Assembly: GCA_041663185.1 (NCBI GenBank)
Contig: JBAZQY010000002.1
Location: 152,496-216,495 of the forward strand
Direction of reading: 5' to 3'
Origin: Minisyncoccota bacterium
GTDB lineage: Bacteria > Patescibacteriota > Minisyncoccia > Phycocordibacterales > UBA9973
Length of the DNA stretch: 64,000 nt
The notes under the pieces: generated by a model
Seen by the model: the letters and a program-made list of their open reading frames with translations, nothing else
What the model was told of the DNA's origin: nothing
Database searches by the model: none
Shown: in pieces, positions 38,821 to 46,616 of the stretch
Layout: every line of letters begins with the position of its first letter
How positions within the stretch are numbered: position 1 is the first letter of the stretch
Translations under genes and position numbers: made by a program

Positions 38821-39720
38821 ATGAAAATACGTTATCAATTTTTTATAATTATTTTTGTTGGACTCTCTCTTTTTATTTTAAGAGAGGATTTTTTGTCTGT
38901 TGTAAAAAATATTTCCTCATCTTTAAATAAAGAAGATAAGCCAAGTATTCAATTAGAAGAGGAGCCCCTCTTACTCGGACAAGCTGATACTCCAGGGCCT
39001 TTACGGGTCGTTAATGATTTGTTAAATATCAACAGTGATGCAAAGTTATCTAATAATAATATTATTGTTCTCACGAATAAGAATAGAAAAGAGAATGGCG
39101 GGCTAGCTCCATTAATGGAAAATTCGAAATTAAATTTATCCGCCAGTAAAAAATTACAAGATATGTTTGATCATCAATATTTTGAACATACTTCGCCAAC
39201 TGGAGTTGGGGTCTCAGATCTTGGCAACGAAGTGGGATACAATTACATTTTGATTGGCGAAAATTTGGCCATGGGCAACTTCCAAGATGATAAGGCTTTG
39301 GTGGATGCTTGGATGGCAAGTCTAGGTCACCGCGCCAATATTTTAAATAAAAATTACACAGAGATCGGAATAGCTGTTGGGCAGGGTCAATTTGAAGGCA
39401 AAAATATTTGGATGGCTATTCAACATTTCGGTACTCCTCGAAGTATTTGCCCAGTTGTTGACCAGGTTCTTTATGGAATTATTAATGCCAATCAAAGTCA
39501 AATTAAAGAAATGGAGCAAGATCTTATCTTACGCAAAGAAATGATCGATAATGGAGCTGTTTACGAGGGGAGTAGTCGTAATGAGCAAGTTGATCAATAT
39601 AATGATTTGGTAAATATTTATAATGATTTAATTGCAAACACAAAAGAAAAAATAAAAAATTATAATAATCAAGTGCAAGCATTTAATTTCTGTCTTTCTG
39701 GTATTAATAATTCCGATTAA
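38821..39720 (+). CDS. CAP/SCP-domain exported protein
   Basis: YFEHTSP, GENLA, WMASLGHRANIL, EIGIAV. Confidence 0.85.
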   Translation: MKIRYQFFIIIFVGLSLFILREDFLSVVKNISSSLNKEDKPSIQLEEEPLLLGQADTPGPLRVVNDLLNINSDAKLSNNNIIVLTNKNRKENGGLAPLMENSKLNLSASKKLQDMFDHQYFEHTSPTGVGVSDLGNEVGYNYILIGENLAMGNFQDDKALVDAWMASLGHRANILNKNYTEIGIAVGQGQFEGKNIWMAIQHFGTPRSICPVVDQVLYGIINANQSQIKEMEQDLILRKEMIDNGAVYEGSSRNEQVDQYNDLVNIYNDLIANTKEKIKNYNNQVQAFNFCLSGINNSD

Positions 39721-39790
39721 TTTGGTTTTCCACAAGAGTGGGGTAGTGTCAAGAAGCCTATTTATAGCTATATTTTTAAGATAGAAGGAC

Positions 39791-39818
39791 GTCGCACAAT
39801 ATATCTTTGCGACACTCT
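39791..39818 (+). other. attL / dif-like site
   Basis: GTCGCA-CAATATATCTT-TGCGAC palindrome; 21-bp core AATATATCTTTGCGACACTCT (39798-39818) repeated at 44970-44990. Confidence 0.7.
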
Positions 39819-39928
39819 TGTTTTTTAAAACAATCCTTATTATTATTAGGGTTATTATGATGCCTCAATTTTTCATTGATTGTGCGACATCAAAAGTCGA
39901 TATTATAAATAAAATAATTTAAAAATAT

Positions 39929-40180
39929 ATGAAATTTGAAGAAAATGTAAAATTATTGACTGCCCTATCGAATCCATATGACATGTCTGCTACCGGTGGA
40001 CCTGTTGGTGTTTCTCATAAGGTTCGTTTGAATATCAATGGTGAGATTTTTGTTGCTAATGCGACAGAAGATCAGGTTAAGGAATATTCAAAGTTTGAGG
40101 GTAAGGACGGTGTTGCTGTTTTGAATTTTACTTCTCCAAAGGAGAAGTTACGTTTGAGTTTGGTTTCGTTTTCTGTGTAG
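39929..40180 (+). CDS. putative ssDNA-binding protein (pV-like)
   Basis: 83 aa, soluble, beta-rich; follows Rep on the circular map. Confidence 0.5.
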   Translation: MKFEENVKLLTALSNPYDMSATGGPVGVSHKVRLNINGEIFVANATEDQVKEYSKFEGKDGVAVLNFTSPKEKLRLSLVSFSV

Positions 40181-40255
40181 TGTTTTAAACTTGCTGACCC
40201 TTTTGGAATTATTCGTATTTTATTTGTCCTTTAGGGTCGGCATGTTTAGAAAATT

Positions 40256-40870
40256 ATGAAAAAAATTATTTTATCAATTATTCTTGCATTTATTTTTACT
40301 TTTGGTTGCAATACTGCTATTGCTGATGATAATTTTGATTATGTTACTCAAACTTTTGTAGTTACTCTTGATTCTTCTGTTATTACTAACATGTATTCTT
40401 CTCCTTATGAGATTTTACCTTCTCCTGGTTCTGGTAAGTACATTGTGGTTGATACTGCTAATGCTCATTTTGTTCCGACTGTTGGGAGTAATTATTCTGG
40501 TGGGGGAAATGTTCGACTTGTTGAATGTAGTGGTGGTAGTTATCAAACTCAATTAGTGGTTTCTTCATCTGTAATTAATTCTGGTGTTGAGTTTTTTACT
40601 TATGCAATTTATCAAAATAATTCTTATTACCATGAATCTGATCCTGTTTGTGTTACAAATTTAACCTCAGCTTTTTCTGGTAATGGCGGTACTTTAACTT
40701 TTTATCTTCAATATCACGTTGTTGATATTTCTTCTCAGTCTTTTGTTTCTTCTACTGACTCCCCCTTTTTTCCACCGGGTTTAGTTTGGTTTTTGGAGTT
40801 TGGTGTTTTAACCTTTCTTTTCTTTTATGTTATGAAATTTATTATTAAGTATTTTGGAAAAATATTATGA
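40256..40870 (+). CDS. phage exported protein with C-terminal membrane anchor
   Basis: Signal peptide, Ser/Thr/Gly-rich beta region, C-terminal TM. Confidence 0.6.
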   Translation: MKKIILSIILAFIFTFGCNTAIADDNFDYVTQTFVVTLDSSVITNMYSSPYEILPSPGSGKYIVVDTANAHFVPTVGSNYSGGGNVRLVECSGGSYQTQLVVSSSVINSGVEFFTYAIYQNNSYYHESDPVCVTNLTSAFSGNGGTLTFYLQYHVVDISSQSFVSSTDSPFFPPGLVWFLEFGVLTFLFFYVMKFIIKYFGKIL

Positions 40871-41001
40871 GTGATGAGTATTCAACAATTTATATTTTAG
40901 TTACTTCTTATCTTCCTCGGATTTTATTTTTAATATTTTTTCCTGCTGTTTTGGTCGGTGTAGCGTTTAACTTTATGAAAAATCCTTTGCGTAATATATG
41001 A
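40867..41001 (+). CDS. minor coat protein-like (pVII-like, 44 aa)
   Basis: Hand translation MSDEYSTIYILVTSYLPRILFLIFFPAVLVGVAFNFMKNPLRNI; ATGA overlaps on both ends. Confidence 0.6.
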   Translation: MSDEYSTIYILVTSYLPRILFLIFFPAVLVGVAFNFMKNPLRNI

Positions 41002-41105
41002 GTTTATCTGAATTACAACAATTATCGATAGAAGTTATTGCTACTGCTTTGGTGTGTGGATTTTTGTTTGCTCTTTTCATAGCCCTTTTTGGTCATGAAA
41101 AGTAG
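40998..41105 (+). CDS. minor coat protein-like (pIX-like, 35 aa)
   Basis: Hand translation MSLSELQQLSIEVIATALVCGFLFALFIALFGHEK; ATGA overlap with previous ORF. Confidence 0.6.
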   Translation: MSLSELQQLSIEVIATALVCGFLFALFIALFGHEK

Positions 41106-41140
41106 GTCGTAATTATTAGAATTAATTTAACAAGTATTAT

Positions 41141-41341
41141 ATGGAAATTGGAGTTATAGGAAATTGTTTGACTGTTGCACAAGCGACTTGTACGGGTACT
41201 GGAGTTATGAAGGAGTTAGGAGGTGCGTTTTATGGTTACTCTGGTGCTTTGGTTACAATTCTAGGGGCTGTTATCGGAATTGGGGTTGCTTACTTGGTGT
41301 TCCGTTTCGGTTGGAGAAAAGTTAAGGGTTCTACAAAGTAG
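41141..41341 (+). CDS. major coat protein-like paralogue A (66 aa)
   Basis: Single TM TILGAVIGIGVAYLVF and basic tail RFGWRKVKGSTK. Confidence 0.75.
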   Translation: MEIGVIGNCLTVAQATCTGTGVMKELGGAFYGYSGALVTILGAVIGIGVAYLVFRFGWRKVKGSTK

Positions 41342-41400
41342 AATTCTTATGTGGGGTCGTAATTATTAATTAATTTGTATATTAATTTATACCAAATAAC

Positions 41401-41553
41401 ATGACTGCAAGTGCAATGACAACGTTAGTTACCGACACTTTAACATCATATGGTGGAGCATTACTTACAATTCTAGGGGCTGTTATCGGAATTGGGGTTG
41501 CTTACTTGGTGTTCCGTTTCGGTTGGAGAAAAGTTAAGGGATCAACAAAATAA
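41401..41553 (+). CDS. major coat protein-like paralogue B (50 aa, not in ORF track)
   Basis: Hand translation MTASAMTTLVTDTLTSYGGALLTILGAVIGIGVAYLVFRFGWRKVKGSTK; pVIII-like size and charge layout. Confidence 0.8.
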   Translation: MTASAMTTLVTDTLTSYGGALLTILGAVIGIGVAYLVFRFGWRKVKGSTK

Positions 41554-41558
41554 AATAC

Positions 41559-41608
41559 CCCTCGTATGCGAGGGTCTGCTCGACCTTTAGGGCGAGCAAG
41601 CCCTCGCA
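41559..41608 (+). terminator. GC-rich hairpin after the coat genes
   Basis: TGCGAGGG...CCCTCGCA outer stem enclosing a TGCTCG/CGAGCA stem; no clear U-tract. Confidence 0.45.
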
Positions 41609-41633
41609 CGTGAGATTAATTGCGAAAATTATC

Positions 41634-42920
41634 ATGAAAAAAGTTATACTCAAAAGTGTTTATGTTGGCTTGCTCGTTCTAGGGTTCGGGCTGGGTATTT
41701 CGCATTTTGTTTTTGCTGATGAAAATTATCGTGTTCCTGCTCATTTAGAAAATAATTCTCAAATATTTTGTGATAATCCTCCCTGGAATGGTACTGATGG
41801 TTATTGGGTTTCTTGGGGTGCAAGTATTGGAGCTCAGGTAGCTGAATTTCCTTTTGAATATCCCTTAGGTGGTAATGGTACAGCAACGATTTGTACCGGG
41901 AATGCAAATGTTCCTTATGGTGGAGCTGATGGTAATTTTTCTGATCATACTGGTACAGCTTATGAAACTTTTTATACAGATAGTGCTCGTACTCAAATTT
42001 TTGGTTTTATAGAATTTTCTTGTGTTGATAATGTTGGTTGTTCTATTGTTGAAAGTATTGCTGAAACGTGTTTAGATGGTATTCAAAATCAAGATGAAAC
42101 CGCTATTGATTTTGGAGGTGTTTGTCGTTTTTCTTCTCGTTTGTATCATATTTCTCCTGTAAGTGATTCTACTACTTCTTCATCTGTGTTTGATATTGTT
42201 TATAAATATTATGTTAATAGTGTTGATGATTCTGATTTGGATAAGGTTTTGGTTACTGTATGTCCTCGTTCCTATTCTTTCGATGATTGTCAGATTTTTG
42301 AACACGATATTACTACTTATGATTCTTTGGTTGAAGTTACTGATGAGTTTACTGCTGTAACTGGTCAAAATGGTCTTTATGAAGTTGCTGTTTCTCTTTG
42401 GAATGGAGATTATGATGTTTCTTGTTCTTGGTATCAAGTTTTTTGTACTCCTACTACTTCTCGTATGGGTCCTGGTGATTTGTGGACTTTTAATGTGATT
42501 AATCAATCTGGTGAGTATGGTACTCCTGAGGTTATTTTAGATACTGATTTTTATGTGAATGATTCTTGTGGATCTACTGATTTAGGTTGTCAAATAAAAA
42601 ATGCTATAAAATGGTTTTATGTTGTATCCCCTACTACTCTGCAATCTTTTTCTAATTTGAGTTTACAGGATTCTGTTCCGTTTTCGTATATTTATGATGT
42701 TGGTAATTTGTATGATGAGTTATTTGAAAATGGAGGGTCTGCTGAGATTGATATTCATGTTACTACTCCTATTGGACAGATAACTTTTATTAATGCAGAT
42801 ATGATTGAGGGTGTTCCGTATGCTTCTACCATTAAAACAATTTTAGGTGCGTTACTTTATTTGTTTACAGCAATGACAGTTTATAAATTAGTATTAAATA
42901 CTTTTCATTCAAAAGTATAA
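41634..42920 (+). CDS. attachment protein (pIII-like)
   Basis: Signal peptide from ATG 41634, Cys-containing exported domains, C-terminal TM; lies between coat genes and pVI-like gene. Confidence 0.7.
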   Translation: MKKVILKSVYVGLLVLGFGLGISHFVFADENYRVPAHLENNSQIFCDNPPWNGTDGYWVSWGASIGAQVAEFPFEYPLGGNGTATICTGNANVPYGGADGNFSDHTGTAYETFYTDSARTQIFGFIEFSCVDNVGCSIVESIAETCLDGIQNQDETAIDFGGVCRFSSRLYHISPVSDSTTSSSVFDIVYKYYVNSVDDSDLDKVLVTVCPRSYSFDDCQIFEHDITTYDSLVEVTDEFTAVTGQNGLYEVAVSLWNGDYDVSCSWYQVFCTPTTSRMGPGDLWTFNVINQSGEYGTPEVILDTDFYVNDSCGSTDLGCQIKNAIKWFYVVSPTTLQSFSNLSLQDSVPFSYIYDVGNLYDELFENGGSAEIDIHVTTPIGQITFINADMIEGVPYASTIKTILGALLYLFTAMTVYKLVLNTFHSKV

Positions 42921-42926
42921 TTATAT

Positions 42927-43193
42927 ATGTTAGATTTTTTGGCTCAACAAGTTCATAGTTTCCTGTCATTCCTTATTGGGTTGTTTCCCTCTGGTACTGG
43001 TTTTCCTGAGGGCTTTCATACTGCTATGGCTACTCTTGGTGGTTATGTTCATTTGCTTGATCCTCTTGTTCCTATGGCTACTCTTTTAACTTGTGTTACT
43101 TTAATTTTTACTGTTGAGATTGCTATTTTTGGATTTAAGGTTTTGCGTTGGATTCTTTCCCATGTTCCCTTTTTGGGTGGTAAGGGTGTTTAA
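42927..43193 (+). CDS. minor coat protein (pVI-like)
   Basis: 88 aa hydrophobic, ending WILSHVPFLGG, between pIII and Zot. Confidence 0.7.
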   Translation: MLDFLAQQVHSFLSFLIGLFPSGTGFPEGFHTAMATLGGYVHLLDPLVPMATLLTCVTLIFTVEIAIFGFKVLRWILSHVPFLGGKGV

Positions 43194-43217
43194 TTATTAG
43201 TTTTTAAAATAAAATAC

Positions 43218-43925
43218 ATGGCTATATTTGAAATTTGTGAGGGTGCTCCAGGTCAAGGTAAGAGTTTATATACTGCTCGTCTTACTAGACGTATTTTGAT
43301 TCGTAATAAAAAATGGTTTAAAAAAACTGGTGTTATTCGTCCGATTTTTTCTAATTTAAAATTTTCAGAAGCTTTTGAGGAGGAGGGAAAAGATTTTATT
43401 TTTTATTGGTCTGATACTGCTGAATTAGTTAAGCTTTCTGATTGCGATATTATCTGGGACGAAATTGCGACAGAATTAGACAGTCGCAATTTCGCTGAAT
43501 TGACTGTGGAAATGAAAAGATTTTTATCGCAATACAGAAAGCGTGGTATTGATATTTATGCTAATACTCAGGATTTCTCAATGATTGATAGACGTGCCCG
43601 TTTGATGATTTCTGCTGTTTATACTCTTTATAAAGTTTTGGGGTCTAGGGATATTTCTACTACGAAACCGAATCCTAGTGTTATTTGGGGGCTTGTTATG
43701 ATTCGTCGTGTTCAAAATTTTAAAGAGGATAACCCTGAAAAGAAAAAGTATGATTTTATGCCCTCTTTTATGTTTATAGAAAAAGAGTTAGTTTCTCTCT
43801 ATGATACTCGTCAGGATATTCCTATGGGTCGTCCGGCTCCTTTAAAGCATAAAGTTTTGTATTGTGAATTCTATGGCGTTAAAGGTCATCAATGTGAAAA
43901 TCATTGTAAAGTGGTTCATTCATGA
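43218..43925 (+). CDS. Zot-like morphogenesis ATPase (pI)
   Basis: Walker A GAPGQGKS, Walker B IIWDE, QYRKRGIDIYANTQD...ID..AR, LYDT. Confidence 0.9.
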   Translation: MAIFEICEGAPGQGKSLYTARLTRRILIRNKKWFKKTGVIRPIFSNLKFSEAFEEEGKDFIFYWSDTAELVKLSDCDIIWDEIATELDSRNFAELTVEMKRFLSQYRKRGIDIYANTQDFSMIDRRARLMISAVYTLYKVLGSRDISTTKPNPSVIWGLVMIRRVQNFKEDNPEKKKYDFMPSFMFIEKELVSLYDTRQDIPMGRPAPLKHKVLYCEFYGVKGHQCENHCKVVHS

Positions 43926-43972
43926 CTTGATATAACCACATAACATGTAAATTATTAAAATATACACTTAAA

Positions 43973-44707
43973 ATGATTTTATATAGAAAATATGGTAAAA
44001 CAATCGAAATTACAAAAACTCAAAAAGAACCCTCCCCCATTCGTCGGGTATCAAGTTCCCGAAAAAATGGCGAACCTTTGGCTGTTAGACGTGCCGATTC
44101 AGTTCGTCGGACCAAAAGAATATGTCTGCGCCGATTGTTATCTGCTATTGAGGAGCTTGGATCTCCGTTATTCATTACGCTCACCTTTCAGGGTAGTGCC
44201 TCAGATGTATTATTTAGTTCCAGTGCTCTCACTCGTTTCCAAAGGAGGTTGTCAATTTCATTTCCAAACTCTCAATCCCTCTTTGTTCCCGAACTCTCTC
44301 CTGGTGGGAGAATCCATTTTCATGGCTTGCTCTTTGGAGTGTCGCAAGAGTGGGGTGATGTTAAAAAAGGTAAACGTACCATATCAATCGGTCGAGAAAG
44401 AAAAGAGAGGGTTTTCTCAAAATTGTGGGGATTCGGTTTTGTTGATTTGCTCCAAACTGATGGCTCTCCCCGATTGGCTTATTACGTATCAAAATACGTA
44501 ATTAAAGCGTCGTATGAGCCGTTTTTAACTCCTTTACGACTTGTAAGAACTTCCCGGGGGTTTCCTAAACCGACCGAGTATAGATTTAAAACTGAAAGCG
44601 AGTTTAATTATTTATTTTCTCGTATGAAATTACGCAATGTTTGGGAGTTTTCCACTTATACGCCTTATTTAGGTAAGGTATCAAAAATTTTTTATGATAT
44701 AATTTGA
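43973..44707 (+). CDS. rolling-circle replication initiator (HUH endonuclease)
   Basis: Motif I FITLTF, motif II IHFHGL, motif III YYVSKY. Confidence 0.88.
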   Translation: MILYRKYGKTIEITKTQKEPSPIRRVSSSRKNGEPLAVRRADSVRRTKRICLRRLLSAIEELGSPLFITLTFQGSASDVLFSSSALTRFQRRLSISFPNSQSLFVPELSPGGRIHFHGLLFGVSQEWGDVKKGKRTISIGRERKERVFSKLWGFGFVDLLQTDGSPRLAYYVSKYVIKASYEPFLTPLRLVRTSRGFPKPTEYRFKTESEFNYLFSRMKLRNVWEFSTYTPYLGKVSKIFYDII

Positions 44708-44709
44708 TT

Positions 44710-44859
44710 ATGGAAAATTTAAAATTAATTTTTTATGTTCTCGGTGCTTTTGTCTGTTTATTTTTGATTGGTCGTTTTGTTGTTCTTTGGTATTTTAGAA
44801 TTAATCGTATTGTTGAGTTGTTGGAGAATATTTTAGAAAAATTAGAAAAAAAGGACTAA
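44710..44859 (+). CDS. small phage membrane protein (49 aa, not in ORF track)
   Basis: Hand translation MENLKLIFYVLGAFVCLFLIGRFVVLWYFRINRIVELLENILEKLEKKD. Confidence 0.6.
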   Translation: MENLKLIFYVLGAFVCLFLIGRFVVLWYFRINRIVELLENILEKLEKKD

Positions 44860-44969
44860 TTTGACAAAATATCTTTATAATGTCATAAGTGAAACTTGTG
44901 AAACGGAAAAAAATAACCTTATATTCCCTATTCAATAGGAACATACCCTTGACAAGGTGTCAATTCCAT

Positions 44970-44990
44970 AATATATCTTTGCGACACTCT
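44970..44990 (+). repeat. attR direct repeat
   Basis: AATATATCTTTGCGACACTCT identical to 39798-39818. Confidence 0.85.
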
Positions 44991-45107
44991 CTTTAATAAA
45001 CATAATGTCGCAAAGATTAAGACCGTTTTGCAACATATAATATCGCAAAACGGTCTTTCCCCACACTCATATAATTATTTTTATGTGACCAAAATATTTT
45101 TATAGTA

Positions 45108-46268
45108 TTATTCCCCATTTTTCTTTACCTTTAAATATTTTTTATTTTTTAATTTTTCGGGCATTAAACTCTTATCTGTGTACTTTTCATAGCCTTTTCC
45201 ATAATCCAAGTCCTTCATAAGCCCTGTAGAGGCATTTCTTAGGTTAAGTGGTATCGGAAGGTTCCCATACCTTAAAACGTCCTCTTTGGCGAGTAGATAC
45301 GCATTGTAGGCGCTCCTGTCTTTCTTGGCTTGAGCCAAATACACTACTCCATGAGCAAGATTTTCAGCACACTCTGGAAGCCCAATTATTTCAACCGCTC
45401 GAAAAACATCATTAGCAACGACAAGTGCGGTTGGTTGAGCAAGTCCGATATCTTCTGAAGCAAAAACTATCATTCTTCTGGCAATAAATTTGGGATCTTC
45501 CCCGGCTTCTATCATCCTTGACAAATAATACAAAGCAGGGTCTGGTTGTGAAGCCCTCATACTCTTAATAAAAGCACTTATTAAATTGTAATGCTCCTCC
45601 CCTTTCTTGTCATAACGGAGAAATTTTGACTGCAAAGTATTTTTTAAATTTTCAATATTTATTTCTTTATAAAGTGAAGCAGTATTTTCTATCATCGCAA
45701 TAACTTGTCGAGCATCACCGTTTGACATTCGAATAAGCCAATCAAGTGCATCTTTCCTCATTTTGTATCCCGTTCTTTTGATAATTTTTTTTATATCGTC
45801 ATCTTTTAAATTTTCCAAAACAAAAACACGACAACGTGATAGTAGTGGCGAAATAACTTCGAAACTTGGATTCTCGGTTGTGGCACCAATGAGTACAAGT
45901 CGACCACTCTCAACATAAGGCAATAAGAAATCTTGTTGAGCTTTATTGAAACGATGAATTTCATCCAGAAAAAGAATTTTTGGCCCGAGAAGTGTACCAC
46001 TTCCTTTGGGAGATGAATCAATTATTTGCCGGATGTCGTCTTTACTAGCCGAGACGGCTGAAAGTTCATGATAATCTGCATTAAGAGATTTAGCATATAT
46101 TTTAGCAAGAGTTGTTTTGCCAACTCCGGGTGGGCCCCAGAAGATAAACGAAAACACATGCTTTTGTTTAATAGCAACTGCCAACGGCTTGTTTTTGCCT
46201 ACCAAGTGCTCCTGACCGACAAAATCAGCAAGTTTTTGAGGTCTAATTTTAGATGCTAATGGTTCCAT
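45108..46268 (-). CDS. rarA: replication-associated recombination protein A (AAA+)
   Basis: PLA..IRP, WGPPGVGKTT, DEIHRFNKAQQD, GATTENP, SEDIGLA. Confidence 0.93.
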   Translation of the reverse strand: MEPLASKIRPQKLADFVGQEHLVGKNKPLAVAIKQKHVFSFIFWGPPGVGKTTLAKIYAKSLNADYHELSAVSASKDDIRQIIDSSPKGSGTLLGPKILFLDEIHRFNKAQQDFLLPYVESGRLVLIGATTENPSFEVISPLLSRCRVFVLENLKDDDIKKIIKRTGYKMRKDALDWLIRMSNGDARQVIAMIENTASLYKEINIENLKNTLQSKFLRYDKKGEEHYNLISAFIKSMRASQPDPALYYLSRMIEAGEDPKFIARRMIVFASEDIGLAQPTALVVANDVFRAVEIIGLPECAENLAHGVVYLAQAKKDRSAYNAYLLAKEDVLRYGNLPIPLNLRNASTGLMKDLDYGKGYEKYTDKSLMPEKLKNKKYLKVKKNGE

Positions 46269-46305
46269 CTATCTATTATATCTTTATAAAATCTAAAATC
46301 CATAC

Positions 46306-46341
46306 CATTAAAAATCCCCTCAATTGAGGGGATTTTTAATG
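46306..46341. terminator. 36-bp palindrome / terminator
   Basis: CATTAAAAATCCCCTCAA|TTGAGGGGATTTTTAATG. Confidence 0.65.
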
Positions 46342-46350
46342 AATTTGAAA

Positions 46351-46602
46351 TTAAAGTTTTTCTAATTCCTGATCGACTGCGTTTAATTCATCTGTGCCAA
46401 TGGTATCATCGACATTGATGCTATTAATATTGTCATTGATTGTTTTTGTACTATCAGAGACAATAGCTTGGTTAAGTCCCATTTCTGTTTCAGTTAATGG
46501 CACTGGTTGTTGTTTTTGAGTTTTTAGTTTTAAGATAACTGCTAGCAAGACAACTAGGACAATGATAACAATGATGACAATTAAATTATTTTTTTTGTTC
46601 AT
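46351..46602 (-). CDS. small membrane-anchored protein
   Basis: N-terminal TM, acidic tail. Confidence 0.6.
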   Translation of the reverse strand: MNKKNNLIVIIVIIVLVVLLAVILKLKTQKQQPVPLTETEMGLNQAIVSDSTKTINDNINSINVDDTIGTDELNAVDQELEKL

Positions 46603-46616
46603 AAATTTTTATTGTA

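Larger units (their letters stand above)
39798..44990 (+). mobile_element. integrated filamentous phage (inovirus-like), about 5.17 kb
   Basis: 21-bp direct repeats; co-oriented T-rich genes including Zot-like ATPase, HUH Rep, pVIII-like coats, pIII/pVI-like proteins; no integrase. Confidence 0.88.

Noticed and set aside
41253-41540. Diversity-generating retroelement TR/VR pair or CRISPR repeat
   Set aside because: The two copies are identical with no adenine-specific mismatches, there are only two, both are coding, and no reverse transcriptase or cas gene is present.
43992-44501. 169-aa alternative-frame ORF inside the phage rep gene
   Set aside because: No recognisable motifs and fully nested in a well-supported HUH Rep; overprinting cannot be excluded but nothing supports it.
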